A stretch of DNA of 64,000 bases, taken from NCBI GenBank assembly GCA_052327205.1, contig JBMRGM010000037.1:55490001-55554000 (forward strand), in the 5' to 3' direction. The translations under genes were made by a program, and so were the position numbers. A model generated the notes under the pieces. That model had not been told where the DNA came from. It was given only the letters and a program-made list of their open reading frames with translations, and did no database searches. Origin of the DNA: Somniosus microcephalus. Lineage: Eukaryota. Positions 1 to 13,200 of this stretch are shown one piece after another. The number at the start of each line of letters is the position of its first letter. The stretch's first letter is position 1.

Positions 1-1465
1 GGGAAGGTGCCAGAGGACGGGAGGACAGCTAACGTAGTACCATTATTCAAGAAGGGTAGTAGGGATAAACCAGGGAATTACAGGCCAGTGAGCCTAACAT
101 CAGTGGTAGGGAAATTATTGGAAAGACTTCTGAGGGCCAGAATTAGTCTCCACTTGGAGAGGCAAGGATTAATCAAAGATAGTCAGCATGGCTTTGTCAG
201 GGGGAGATCATGTCTAACCAATTTGATTGAATTTTTTGAGGGGGTGATTAGGTGCGTGGATGACGGTAGTGCAGTTGATGTAGTCTACATGGATTTCAAT
301 AAGGCTTTTGACAAAGTCCCGCATGGGAGACTTGTCAAGAAGGTAAGAGCCCATGGGATCCAGGGCAATTTGGCACATTGGATCCAAAATTGGCTTAGTG
401 GCAGGAGGCAGAGGGTGATGGTCGAAGGTTGTTTTTGTGACTGGAAGCCTGTGTCCAGTGGTGTACCGCAGGTATCGGTGCTGGGTCCTTTGCTGTTTGT
501 AGTGTACATTAATGATTTAGATATGAACGTAGGCGGTATGATCGGTAAGTTCACAGATGACACGAAAATTGGTGAAGTGCTAAATAGCGAGGAGGGAAGC
601 CTCAGGCTGCAGGACGATATAGACGGGTTGGTCAGATGGACAGAACAGTGGCAAATGGAATTTAGCCCTGAAAAGTGTGAGGTGATGAATTTTGGGAGGA
701 CTAACAAGGCAAGGGAATACACAATGAATGGTAGGACCCTAGGAAGGACAGAGGATCAGAGGGACCTTGGTGTGCATGTACATAGATCACTGAAGGCAGT
801 AGGACAGGTAGATAAGGTGGTTAAAAAGGCATATGGGATACTTGCCTTCATTAGCCGAGGCATAGAATATAAGAGCAGGGAGGTTATGATGGAGCTGTAC
901 AAAATGCTAGTTAGGCCACAGCCGGAATACTGTGTGCAGTTCTGGTCGCCACACGATAGGAGGGATGTGATTGCTTTGGAGAGGGTGCAGAGGAGATTCA
1001 CCAGGGTGTTACCTGGGTTGGAGCGCTTCAGCTATGAAGAGAGACTGGACAGGCTGGGGTTGTTTTCCATGGAGCAGAGAAGGCTGAGGGGGGACCTGAT
1101 TGAGGTGTACAAAATTATGAGGGGCATAGATAGGGTAGATAAAGAGGAACTTTTCCCCTTAGCAGAGGGGTAAATAACCAGGGGGCATAGTTTCAAGGTA
1201 AGGGGCAGGAGGTTTAGAGGGGATTTGAGGGAAAACTTTTTCACCCAGAGGGTGGTTGGAATCTGGAAATCACTGCCTGAAAGGGTGGTAGAGGCAGGAA
1301 CCCTCACAACTTTCAAGAAGCATTTAGATGAGCACTCGAAACTCCATAGCATAAAAGGCTACGGACCAAGTGCTGGAAAATGGGATAAGAATAGATCGGG
1401 CTTGATGGCCGGCATGGACACGATGGGCCGAAGGGCCTCTTTCTGTGCTGTATAACTCTATGACT
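1..1465 (+). mobile_element. CR1-clade LINE, 3' part (RT domain and 3' end), runs off the window edge
   Basis: ORF 7..1173 has CR1 RT motifs (PGNYRPVSLTS, DFNKAFDKVPH, GVPQxSVLGP, FTDD) and a premature stop. The 3' tail is tataactctatgact. Confidence 0.93.
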
Positions 1466-1469
1466 GTAT

Positions 1470-4022
1470 CGAATGCGTGCTGCAGCTGCCCTGGGAGTGT
1501 TTGATGGGACAGCGTAGAGGGAGCTTTACTCTGTATTTAACCCGTGCTGTACCTGCCCGGAGTGTGTTTGATGGGACAGTATAGAGGGAGATTTACTCAG
1601 TATCTAACCCGTGCTGTACCTGCTCTGGGAGTGTTTGATGGGACAGTGTAGAGGGAGCTTTACTCTGTATCTAACCCGTGCTGTACCTGCCTTGGAAGTG
1701 TTTGATGGGACAGTGTAGAGGGAGCTTTACTCTGTATCTAACCCGTGCTGTACCTGCCTTGGGAGTGTTTGATGGGACAGTCTAGAGGGAGCTTTACTCT
1801 GTATCTAACCCGTACTGTACCTGCCCTGAGAGTGCTTGATGGGGACAGTGTAGAGGGAACTTTACTCTGTATCGAAACCGTGCTGTATCTGCCCTAGGAG
1901 TGTTTGATGGGACAGTGTAGAGGGAGCTTTACTCTGTATCTAACCAGTGCCGTACCTGCCTTGGGAGTGTTTGATGGGACAGTGCAGAGGGAGATTTACT
2001 CTGTATCTAACCCGTGCTGTACCTGCCCTGGGAGTGTTTGATGGGGACAGTGTAGAGGGAACTTTACTCTGTATCTAAACCGTGCTGTACCTGCCCTGGG
2101 AGTGTTTGATGGGACAGTGTAGAGGGAGCTTTACTCTGTATCTAACCAGTGCCGTACCTGCCCTGGGAGTGTTTGATGGGACAGTGTAGAGGGAGCTTTA
2201 CTCTGTATCTAAACCTGTGCTGTACCTGTCCTGGGAGTGTTTGATGGGACAATGTAAAGGGAGCTTTACTCTGTATCTAACCCATGCTGTACCTGCCCTG
2301 GGAGTGTTTGATGGGACAGTGTAGAGGGAGCTTTACTCTGTATCTAACCCGTGCTGTACCAGCCCTGGGAGTGTTTGATGGGACACTGTAGAGGGAGCTT
2401 TACACTGTATCTAACCTGTGCTTTACCTGCCCTGGGAGTGTTTGATGGGACAGTGTAGAGGGAGCTTTACTCTGTATCTAACCCGTGCTATACCTGCCCT
2501 GGGAGTGTTTGATGGGACAGTGTAGAGGGAGCTTTATTCTGTATCTAACCCGTGCTGTACCTGCCCTGGGAGTGTTTGATGGGACAGTGTAGAGGGAGTT
2601 TTACTCTGTATCTAACCCATGCTGTACCTGCCCTGGGAGTGTTTGACGGGACTGTGTAGAGGGAGCTTTACTCTGTATCTAAGCCGTGCTGTAACTGTCC
2701 TGGGGGTGCTTGATGGGACAGTGTAGAGGGAGCTTTACTCTCTATCTAACCCGTGCTGTACCTGCCCTGGGAGTGTTTGATTGAGCAGTGTAGAGTGAGC
2801 TTTACTCTGTATCTAACCCGTGCTGTACCTGCCCTGGGAGTGTTTGATGGGGCAGTGTAGAGGGAGCTTTACTCTGTATTTAACCCCGTGCTGTACCTGC
2901 CCTGCGAGTGTTTGATGGGGCAGTGTAGAGGGAGATTTACTCTGTATATAACCCATGCTGTACCTGCCCTGGGAGTGTTTGATTGAGCAGTGTAGAGTGA
3001 GCTTTACTCTGTATCTAACCCGTCCTGCAGCTGCCTTGGGAGTGTTTGATGGGACAGCGTAGAGGGAGCTTTACTCTGTATTTAACCCGTGCTGTACCTG
3101 CCCGGAGTGTGCTTGATGGGACAGTATAGAGGGAGATTTACTCAGTATCTAACCCGTGCTGTACCTGCTCTGGGAGTGTTTGATGGGACAGTGTAGAGGG
3201 AGCTTTACTCTGTATCTAACCCGTGCTGTACCTGCCTTGGAAGTGTTTGATGGGACAGTGCAGAGGAAGCTTTACTCTGTATCTAACCCGTGCTGCACCT
3301 GCCTTGGTAGTGTTTGATGGGACAGTGTAGAGGGAGCTTTACTCTGTATCTAACCCGTGCTGTACCTGCCCTGGGAGTGTTTGATGGGGACAGTGTAGAG
3401 GGAACTTTACTCTGTATCTAAACCGTGCTGTACCTGCCCTGGGAGTGTTTGATGGGACAGTGTAGAGGGAGCTTTACTCTGTATCTAACCCATGCTGTAC
3501 CTGCCCTGGGAGTGTTTGATGGGACAGTGTAGAGGGAGCTTTACTCTGTATCTAACCCGTGCTGTACCAGCCCTGGGAGTGTTTGATGGGACAGTGTAGA
3601 GGGAGCTTTACACTGTATCTAACCTGTGCTTTACCTGCCCTGGGAGTGTTTGATGGGACAGTGTAGAGGGAGCTTTACTCTGTATCTAACCCGTGCTGTA
3701 CCTGCCCTGGGAGTGTTTGATGGGACAGTGTAGAGGGAGCTTTACTCTGTATCTAACCCATGCTGTACCTGCCCTGGGAGTGTTTGATGGGACAGTGTAG
3801 AGGGAGCTTTACTCTGTATCTAACCCGTGCTGTACCTGCCCTGGGAGTGCTTGATGGGACAGTGTAGAGGGAGCTTTACTCTGTATCTAACCCGTGCTGT
3901 ACCTGCCCTGGGAGTGTTTGATTGAGCAGTGTAGAGTGAGCTTTACTCTGTATCTAACCCATGCTGTACCTGCCCTGGGAGTGTTTGATTGAGCAGTGTA
4001 GAGGGAGCTTTACTCTGTATTT
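1470..4022. repeat. 67-bp tandem satellite (gtgctgtacctgccctgggagtgtttgatgggacagtgtagagggagctttactctgtatctaaccc), ~38 copies
   Basis: Direct 67-bp periodicity, e.g. gtgtttgatg at 1631, 1698, 1765. Confidence 0.95.
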
Positions 4023-4083
4023 GATGTTTTACAAATTTTGCTTCCTCAACCATTTGACCCATTTTAAATTCTGTTTTATTTAG

Positions 4084-4236
4084 GGAAACAAAAGAAATGC
4101 CCTGAAGTTTCCAAAGTGACCTTTCTTTGTAAGAAGAATTTCACCCAGTCTTGTGAGGATGATGATGATTGCAGTGCCCATAAACAGTGCTGCGACATTG
4201 GGTGTGGCAAAAAATGCGTCCACTCCTTCACACAAG
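4084..4236 (+). CDS. WAP-like exon 1 (xKQKKCPEVSKVTFLCKKNFTQSCEDDDDCSAHKQCCDIGCGKKCVHSFTQ)
   Basis: ttttatttag|GG ... CAAG|gtgagc, 153 bp, 8 Cys. Confidence 0.9.
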
Positions 4237-7200
4237 GTGAGCCCCAGACCGAGGGAGGGGCAGCAGTGGGCAACTGGGGGAATGAGGTACCGGGCTCCTG
4301 GGATCAGAGTCTGATAGGCCCCAGGCTCCTGGGGTAAGAGTTTGATAGGCCCGGCTCTCCAGCGTTCAGAGTCCGATAGGCCCCAGGCTCCAGGGGTCAG
4401 AGCCTGATAGGCACCGGGCTCCAGAGGTCAGAGTCTGATAGGCCCCAGGCTCCAGGGGTCAGAGTCTGATAGGCCCCAGGCTCCAGGGGTCAGAGTCTGA
4501 TAGGCACCGGGCTCCAGAGGTCAGAGTCTGATAGGCCTCAGGCTCCAGGCGTCAGAGGCTGATAGGCCCGAGGCTCCAGGGGTCAGAGTCTGATAGGCCC
4601 CAGGCACCAGGGGTCAGATTCTGATAGGCACCGGGCTCCAGAGGTCAGAGTCTGATAGGCCTCAGGCTCCAGGCGTCAGAGGCTGATAGGCCCGAGGCTC
4701 CAGGGGTCAGAGTCTGATAGGCCCCAGGCACCAGGGGTCAGAGTCTGATAGGCCCCAGGCTCCAGATTCTGATAGGCCCCAGGCTCTAGGGGTCCGAGTT
4801 GGATAGGCCCCGGGATCCAGGGGTCCGAGTCTGATAGGCCCCGGGCGCCAGGGTTCAGAGTCTGATAGGCCCCAGGCTCCAGGGATCAGAGTGTGATAGG
4901 CCCGAGGCTCCAGGGGTCAGAGTCTGATAGGCCCCAGGCTCCAGAGGTCAGAGTCTGATAGGCCCCAGGCTCCTGGGGTCAGAGTCTGATAGGCCCCAGG
5001 CTCCAGGGCTCAGAGGCTGATAGGCCCCAAGCTCCAGGGGTCAGATTCTGATAGGCCCCAGGCTCCAGGGGTCAGAGAATAATAGGCCCCAGGCTCCAGG
5101 GGTCAGATTCTGATAGGCCCCAGGCTCCAGGGGTCAGAGTCTGGTAGGCCCCAGGCTCCAGGGTTCAGTGTCTGAAAGGCCCCAGGCTCCAGGGGTCAGA
5201 GTCTGAAAAGCCCCAGGCTGCAGGGGTCAGAGTCTGACAGGTCCCAGGCTCCAGGGGTCAGAGTCGGATAGGCCCCACGCGCAAGGGGTCAGAGTATGAT
5301 ATGCCCCAGGCTCCAGGGGTCAGAATCTGATAGACCCCAGGCTCCAGGGGTCAGAGTCTGATAGGCCCCAGGCTCTAGGGGTCAGAGTCTAAAAGGCCCC
5401 AGGGGTCAGAGTCTGATAGGCCCCAGACTACAGGGGTCAGAGTCTGATAGGACCCAGACTCCAGGGGTCAGAGTCTGATAGGCCCCGGGCTCCTGCGATC
5501 AGAGTCTGATAGGCCCTAGGCTCCAGGAGTCAGAGTCTGATAGGACCCAGGCTCCAGGGGTCAGAGTCTGATAGGCCCCAGGCTCCTGGGATCAGAGTCT
5601 GATAGTCCCCAGGCTCCAGGGGTCAGAGTCGGATAGGCCCCAGGCTCCAGGGGTCAGAGTCTGATAGGCTCCAGGGGTCAGAGTCTGATAGGCCCCTGGA
5701 TACGGGGATCAGACTCTGATAGGCCCCAGGCTCCAGGGGTCAGAGTCTGATAGGCCCCAGGCTCCTGGGATCAGAGTCTGATAGGCCCCAGGCTCCAGGG
5801 GTCAGAGTCGGATAGGCCCCAGGCTCCAGGGGTCAGAGTCTGATAGGCTCCAGGGGTCAGAGTCTGATAGGCCCCAGGCTCCAGGGGTCAGAGTCCGATA
5901 GGCCCCAGGCTCCAGGGGTCAGAGTCTGATAGGCCCCAGGCTCCAGAGGTCAGAGTCTGATAGGCCTCAGGCTCCAGGCGTCAGAGGCTGAAATGCCCCA
6001 GGCTCCAGGGGTCAGAGTCTGATAGGCCCCAGGCACCAGGGGTCAGAGTCTGATAGGCCCCAGGCACCAGGGGTCAGAGTCTGACAGGCCCCAGGCTCCA
6101 GGGGTCAGAGTCTGATAGACCCCAGGCTCTAGGGGTCCGAGTCTGCTTGGCCCCGGGCTCCAGGGGTCCGAGTCTGATAGGCCCCAGGCTCCAGGGGTCA
6201 GAGGCTGATAGGCCCCAAGCTCCAGGGGTCAGATTCTGATAGGCCCCAGGCTCCAGGGGTCGGAGAATAATAGGCCCCAGGCTCCAGGGGTCAGATTCTG
6301 ATAGGCCCCAGGCTCCAGGGGTCAGAGTCTGATAGGCCCCAGGCTCCTGGGGTCAGAGTCTGATAGGCCCCAGGCTCCAGAGGTCAGATTCTGATAGGCC
6401 CCAGGCTCCAGGGGTCAGAGTCTGGTAGGCCCCAGGCTCCAGGGTTCAGAGTCTGATAGGCCCCAGGCTCCAGGGGTCAGAGTCTGATAGGCCCCAAGCT
6501 CCAGGGGTCAGATTCTGATAGGCCCCAGGCTCCAGGGGTCAGATTCTGATAGGCCCCAGGCTCCAGGGGTCAGAGACTGATAGGCCCCAGGCACCAGGGG
6601 TCAGAGTCTGATAGGCCCCAGGCCCCAGGAGTCAGAGTGTGATAGGCCCAAGTGGTCAGAGTCTGATAGGCCCCAGGGGTCAGATTCTAATAGGCCCCTG
6701 GCTCCAGGGGTCAGAGACTGAGGCCACAGGCTCCAGGGCTCAGAGCCTGAGGCCCCAGGCTCCAGGGCTCAGAGTTTGATAGGCCCCAGGCTCCAGGGGT
6801 CAGAGTCTGATAGGCCGCATGCTCCAGAGGTCAGAGTCTGATAGGCCCCACGCTCGAGGTGTCAGAGTCTGATAGGTCCCAGGCTCCAGGAGTCAGATTC
6901 TGATAGGCCCCAGGCTCCAGGGGCAGAGTCTGATAGGAGTAATGGGGTGAGCTAGAAGTGATGGTGGTGTGCTAGAAGTGATGGGGTGAGCTAGGAGTGA
7001 TGTGGTGGGCTAGAAGTGAAGGGATGAGCTATGAGTGATGGGGCTGAGCTAGGAGTGATGGGGTGGGCTAAGAGTGATGGGGTGAGGTAAGAGTGATGGG
7101 GTGGGCTATCAGTGATGTGGTGGGCTAGCAGTGACGGGGTGGGCTAGCAGTGACGGGGTGGGCTAGCAGTGACGGGGTGGGCTAGCAGTGACGGGGTGGG

Positions 7201-10200
7201 CTAGCAGTGACGGGGTGGGCTAGCAGTGACGGGGTGGGCTAGCAGTGACGGGGTGGGCTAGCAGTGACGGGGTGGGCTAGCAGTGACGGGGTGGGCTAGC
7301 AGTGACGGGGTGGGCTAGCAGTGACGGGGTGGGCTAGCAGTGACGGGGTGGGCTAGCAGTGACGGGGTGGGCTAGCAGTGACGGGGTGGGCTAGCAGTGA
7401 CGGGTTGGGCTAGCAGTGACGGGGTGGGCTAGCAGTGACGGGGTGGGCTAGCAGTGATGGGGTGGGCTAGCAGTGATGGGGTGAGCTAGGAGTGATGGGG
7501 TGAGCTAGGAGTGATGGGGTGAGCTAGGAGTGATGGGGTGAGCTAAGTGTGATGGCGTGGGCTAGGAGTGATGGGGTGAGCGAGGAGTGATGGGGTGAGC
7601 TAAGAGTGATGGGTTGAGCTAGGAGTGAAGGGGTGAGCTAGGAGTGATGGGGTGGACTAGGAGTGATGGGGTGAGCTAGGAGTGATGGGGGTGTGCTAGG
7701 AGTGATGGGGTGAGCTGGGAGAGATGGGGTGAGCTAGGAGTGATAGGGTGAGCTAGGAGTGATGGGGTGGGCTAGGAGTGATGGGGTGAGTTGGAGTGAT
7801 GGGGTGAGCTTGGAGTGATGGGGTGGGCTAGGAGTGATGGGGTGGGCTAGGAGTGATGGGGTGGGCTAGGAGTCATGGGGTGGGCTAGGAGTCATGGGGT
7901 GGGCTAGGAGTCATGGGGTGGGCTAGGAGTCATGGGGTGAGCTGGGAGAGATGGGGTGAGAAGGGGAAGCGATGGGGTGAGCTCGGAGCGATGGGGTGAG
8001 CTAGGAGCGATGGGGTGAGCTAGGAGCGATGGGGTGAGCTAGGAGCGATGGGGTGAGCTAGGAGCGATGGGGTGAGCTAGGAGCGATGGGGTGAGCTAGG
8101 AGCGATGGGGTGGGCTAGGAGCGATGGGGTGGGCTAGGAGCGATGGGGTGGGCTAGGAGCGATGGGGTGGGCTAGGAGCGATGGGGTGGGCTAGGAGCGA
8201 TGGGGTGGGCTAGGAGCGATGGGGTGGGCTAGGAGCGATGGGGTGGGCTAGGAGCGATGGGGTGGGCTAGGAGCGATGGGGTGGGCTAGGAGCGATGGGG
8301 TGGGCTAGGAGCGATGGGGTGGGCTAGGAGCGATGGGGTGGGCTAGGAGCGATGGGGTGGGCTAGGAGCGATGGGGTGGGCTAGGAGCGATGGGGTGGGC
8401 TAGGAGCGATGGGGTGGGCTAGGAGCGATGGGGTGGGCTAGGAGCGATGGGGTGGGCTAGGAGCGATGGGGTGAGCGGGGAGCGATGGGGTGAGCGGGGA
8501 GCGATGGGGTGTGCTAGGAGCGATGGGGTGAGCGGGGAGCGATGGGGTGGGCTAGGGGTGATGAGGTGGGCTAGGAGTGATGGGGTGGTCTAGGAGTGAT
8601 GGGGTGGTCTAGGAGTGATGGGGTGGGCTAGGAGTGATTCGGTGAGCTCGGAGTGAGGGGGTGGGCTAGGAGTGATGGGGTGGGCTAGGAGTGATGGGGT
8701 GGGCTAGGAGTGATGGGGTGGGCTAGGAGTGATGGGGTGGGCTAGGAGTGATGGGATGGGCTAGGAGTGATGGGGTGGGCTCGGAGTGATGGGGTGGGCT
8801 AGGAGTGATGGGGTGGGCTAGGAGTGATGGGGTGGGCTAGGAGTGATGGGGTGGGCTAGGAGCGATGGGGTGCGCTAGGAGTGATGGGTTGGGCTAGGAG
8901 TGATGGGGTGCGCTAGGAGTGATGGGGTGGGCTAGGAGTGATGGGGTGGGCTAGGAGTGATGGGGTGAGCTAGGAGTGAATGGGTGGGCTGGGAGTGATG
9001 GGGTGGGCTAGGAGTGATGGGGTGGGCGAGGAATGATGGGTTGGGCTTGGAGTTAGCTAGGAGTGATGGGGTGGGCTAGGAGTTAGCTAGGAGTGATGGG
9101 GTGGGCTAGGAGTTAGCTAGGAGTGATGGGGTGGGCTAGGAGTTAGCTAGGAGTGATGGGGTGGGCTAGGAGTTAGCTAGGAGTGATGGGGTGGGCTAGG
9201 AGTGATGGGGTGTGCTAGGAGTGATGTGTTGGGCTTTGACTGATGGGCGTGGAGTGATGAGAATCGTGATCTCGACACCGACCGTGGTCCGTGTGCCTCA
9301 GCACCATGGAGAGGGGGTCCATTGACCCAAGGGCCTATCTGGGACATGCAAGGACTGAAGACAGCGGGGGAATACCTATGAGGATGCTGAAGCACTTGCT
9401 CCTCCTAAGAAATAGGAGCAGGAGTCGGCCCTTTGGCCCCTCGAACCTGCTCCGCCATTCAATGAGATCATGGCCGATCTTCTACCTCATCTCCACTTTC
9501 CTGCACTATCTCCATATCCCTTGATTCCCTTAATGATCAAAAATCTATCGATCTCTGTCTTGAATATACTCAACGACTGAGCCTCCACAGCCCCCTGGGG
9601 TCGAGAATTCCAAAGATTCACCGCCCTCTGAGTGAAGAAATTTCACTTCATCTCCGTCCTAAATGACAGACCCCTTATTCTGAGACTGTGACCCCTGGTT
9701 CTAGACTCCCCAGCCAGGGGAAACATCCTCCCTGCATCTACCCTGTCAAGCCCTGTAAAAATTTTGTATGTTTCAATGAGATCCCCTCTCATTCTTCTAA
9801 ACTCTAGAGAATATAGGCCTGGTCTACTCAATCTGTCCTCATAGGACAATCCCCCCATCCCAGGAACCAGTCTGGTGAACCTTCGTTGCACTCCCTCTTT
9901 GGCAAGTATATCCTTCCTTAGGTAAGGAGACCAAAACTGTCCACAATACTCCAGGTGTGGTCTCACCAAGGCCCTATATAACTGCAGTAAGACGTCTTTA
10001 CTCTTATACTCAAATCCTCCTGTAATAAAGGCCAACATACCATTGGTTTTCCTAATTGCTTGCTGTACCTGCATGTTAACGTTCAGTGATTCGTGAACAA
10101 GGACACCCAGGTCCCTCTGAACACCAACATTTCCCAATCTCTCACCATTTAAAAAATACTCTGCTTTTCTATTTTTCCATAACTTCACATTTCTCCACAT

Positions 10201-13200
10201 TATATTCCATTCAACCGATTGTTGGCTTTGCAGGAGGCAAACCTGGGGAGTGCTCACCCGCCAGCAGACTGAGATTTGTCTGCAATTCGACCATGGGGAA
10301 AGAGTGTGAGGGCGAGAGTAACTGTGGCAGATGGCAGACGTGCTGCTCAACTCCCTGTGGGGCACGGTGTGTCTTCAAGAGTTTCAGAGGAGGTGAGTAC
10401 AAATGTCTGAGCTTTACTCTCTATTTAACCCGTGCTGTACCTGCCCTGGGAGTGTTTGATGGGGGCAGTGTAGAGGGAGCTTTACTCTGTATCTAACCCG
10501 TGCTGTACCTGCCCTGGGAGTGTTTGATGGGGGCAGTGTAGAGGGAGCTTTACTCTGTATCTAACCCCGTGCTGTACCTGCCCTGGGAGTGTTAGTTGGG
10601 ACAGTGTAGAGGGAGCTTTACTCTGTATCTAACCCCGTGCTGTACCTGCCCTGGGAGTGTTTGATGGGACAGTGTAGAGGGAACTTTACTCTGTATCTAA
10701 CCCGTGCTGTACATGCCCTGGGAGTGTTTGATGGGGGCAGTGTAGAGGGAGCTTTACTCTGTATCTAACCCGTGCTGTACCTGCCCTGGGAGTGTTTGAT
10801 GGGGGCAGTGTAGAGGGAGCTTTACTCTGTATCTAACCCATGCTGCACCTGCACTGGGAGTGTTTGATGGGACAGTGTAGAGGGAGCTTTACCCTGTATC
10901 TAACCCATGCTGTACCTGCCCTGGGAGTGTTTGATGGGACAGTGTAGAGGGAGCTTTACTCTGTATCTAACCCCGTGCTGTACCTGCCCTGGGAGTGTTA
11001 GTTGGGACAGTGTAGAGGAATCTTTACTGTTTATCCAACCTATGTTGTGCTGTGTGTCTCTCTCTCTGGTGTAGAGGATGGGAGCTGTCCTCGCCCGGAT
11101 ATGCTGGCTCGTGTGTGTAACTCCACGTTCGGGAAGGTATGTGAGGCGGATGGAGACTGCGACGGTTCCCAAACCTGCTGTGACGCTGGCTGTCAGAAGC
11201 GATGTGTCCCATCCTTCTTCGGGAAGTTCCATGGAGGAAGCTCCTCAAATAAACCCAGCAAATCCTCGACAGGTTTGTTCAGGTCAGGGGGCGGGTTTCT
11301 CTATCTCCCTCTGTCTCTCCCTGTTTCTCCCTCTCTCACTCACTGTCATTGTCTCTCTGTCTCTCTTTCTGTCGCTCACACGCTCTCTATTTATCTATCG
11401 TCTGTCTCTCCCTCTCTCACCCTCCCTCTCTCTCACTGCCCCTCTCTCAGTGCCCCCCTCGCAATCCACCCCCTCACTCACCGCTCTCTCCCGCCTCACT
11501 CCCCCCTCACACTCACCGCTCACACTCCCCCGCCTCACACCCCCGCCTCACTCCCCCTCTCTCACTCCCCCTCTCTCACTTCCCCTCTCTCACTTCCCCC
11601 CCCTCTCACTCCCCCTCCTCACTCCCCCTCCCTGTCACTCCACCTCCTTCTCACTCCCCCTCTCTCACTCCCCCCTCTACCTCCCCCTCCCTCTCACTCC
11701 CCCTCCTCACTCCCCCTCCCTCTCACTCCCCCTCCCTCTCACTCCCTCTCCTCACTCCCCCTCCCTCACTCCCCCTCCCCCTCCTCACTCCCCCTCCCCC
11801 TCCTCACTCCCCCTCCCTGTCACTCCACCTCCTTCTCACTCCCCCCTCTCTCACTCCCCCTCCTCACTCCCCCTCCCCCTCCCTCTCTCTCTCTCCCTCT
11901 CTCTTTCTCCCTCTCCCTCTCTCACTCTCTCCCCCTGTTTCCTGTTACCACCCCTAACTCAATCTTTTGGTATCGCAGAATGGAATGCCAAGAAATGCCC
12001 CGATGTTTCCAGACTGGAGCGTGTGTGCAAGATGAATCACAGTGAGCCCTGCGAGGATGACGAGGATTGCGGGAAGTGGAAGCAGTGTTGTAAGACTTCC
12101 TGCGGCAACAGATGTGTCCACTCCTTCCTGGGCCATGGCCAGAGTGCGGCATTGTCAGGTAAAACCACGTGGCCAGTCTGCCCCGGCAGCCTGCGACAGA
12201 TAGGCCCCTTCCCCAGCAGCCTGGGACTGATAGGCCCATGCTCCCTGTAGCCTGGGACTGATAGGCCCCTGCTCCCTGTAGCCTGGGACTGATAGGCCCC
12301 TGCTCCCTGTAGCCTGGGACTGATAGGCCCCTGCTCCCAGCAGCTTGGGACTGATAGGCCCCTGCTCCCTGTAGCCTGGGACTGATAGGCCCCTGCTCCC
12401 TGTAGCCTGGGACTGATAGGCCCCTGCTCCCTGTAGCCTGGGACTGATAGGCCCCTGTTCCCTGTGTAATGATATCAGCAAATAGTGATGTTATTTGCCT
12501 GTTTGATTATCATGTCTTACCAGCATGTTTGCATGTATTGATTACTTATGCCTGACCAGCAGAGGTCATGTGAGAGACAAGCAGAGGAGTTTAGTTTCAG
12601 TTTCGTTCTAGATGCATCACTAGCAGGATGTCTCCTCTAAATGCTGTATAAAGAGTTGAACAAGCTTTAGATTATAACACATTCTCGTCATTGAACCCAC
12701 AAAGAAATCAATACATGGTGTCAGAAGTGATTGAAAGAGATGAAGAGAAAAAATCTGAAGATAAATCAACTCTCCACAAATTAGCAAGCCAAAAGAGAAC
12801 ATCGTTGCTTACCATTGGAGAATAGCTAACGAAGTGAAAAAATGGAAGGTTTACACCCACCGGCGACGCTTCAGTTGACAGGTAATGTGGCTGAAATTTG
12901 GAGGAGGTTCAAACAACGTGTGGGGTTGTATTTATCAGCAAAGAGATGCTAAAAAGGATCCATGGAGGACATCTGGGAATCAAAAAGTGTAAGAAAAGAG
13001 CACAAGAGGTGATGTACTGGCCACGAATCAACCAAGATGTGACAAATGAGGTCTCAAACTGCACAATATGCCTGAAATATCGAGCAAGCAATCCGGTAGA
13101 ACCACTAAAGCCACACCCAGCACCAGACAGACCTTACCAGAAGGTAGGCGCTGACCTATTCGTATGTCAAGGGAAGGACTATCTTGTAGTCACAGACTAT

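Noticed and set aside
1470-4022. Regular repeats superficially like a CRISPR array
   Set aside because: Head-to-tail units with no unique spacers, no cas genes and a vertebrate context.
11002-12250. Pro/Ser/Leu-rich ORFs of 200-390 aa
   Set aside because: Read-through of a polypyrimidine intron that lacks stop codons, linking exons 3 and 4 in different frames.
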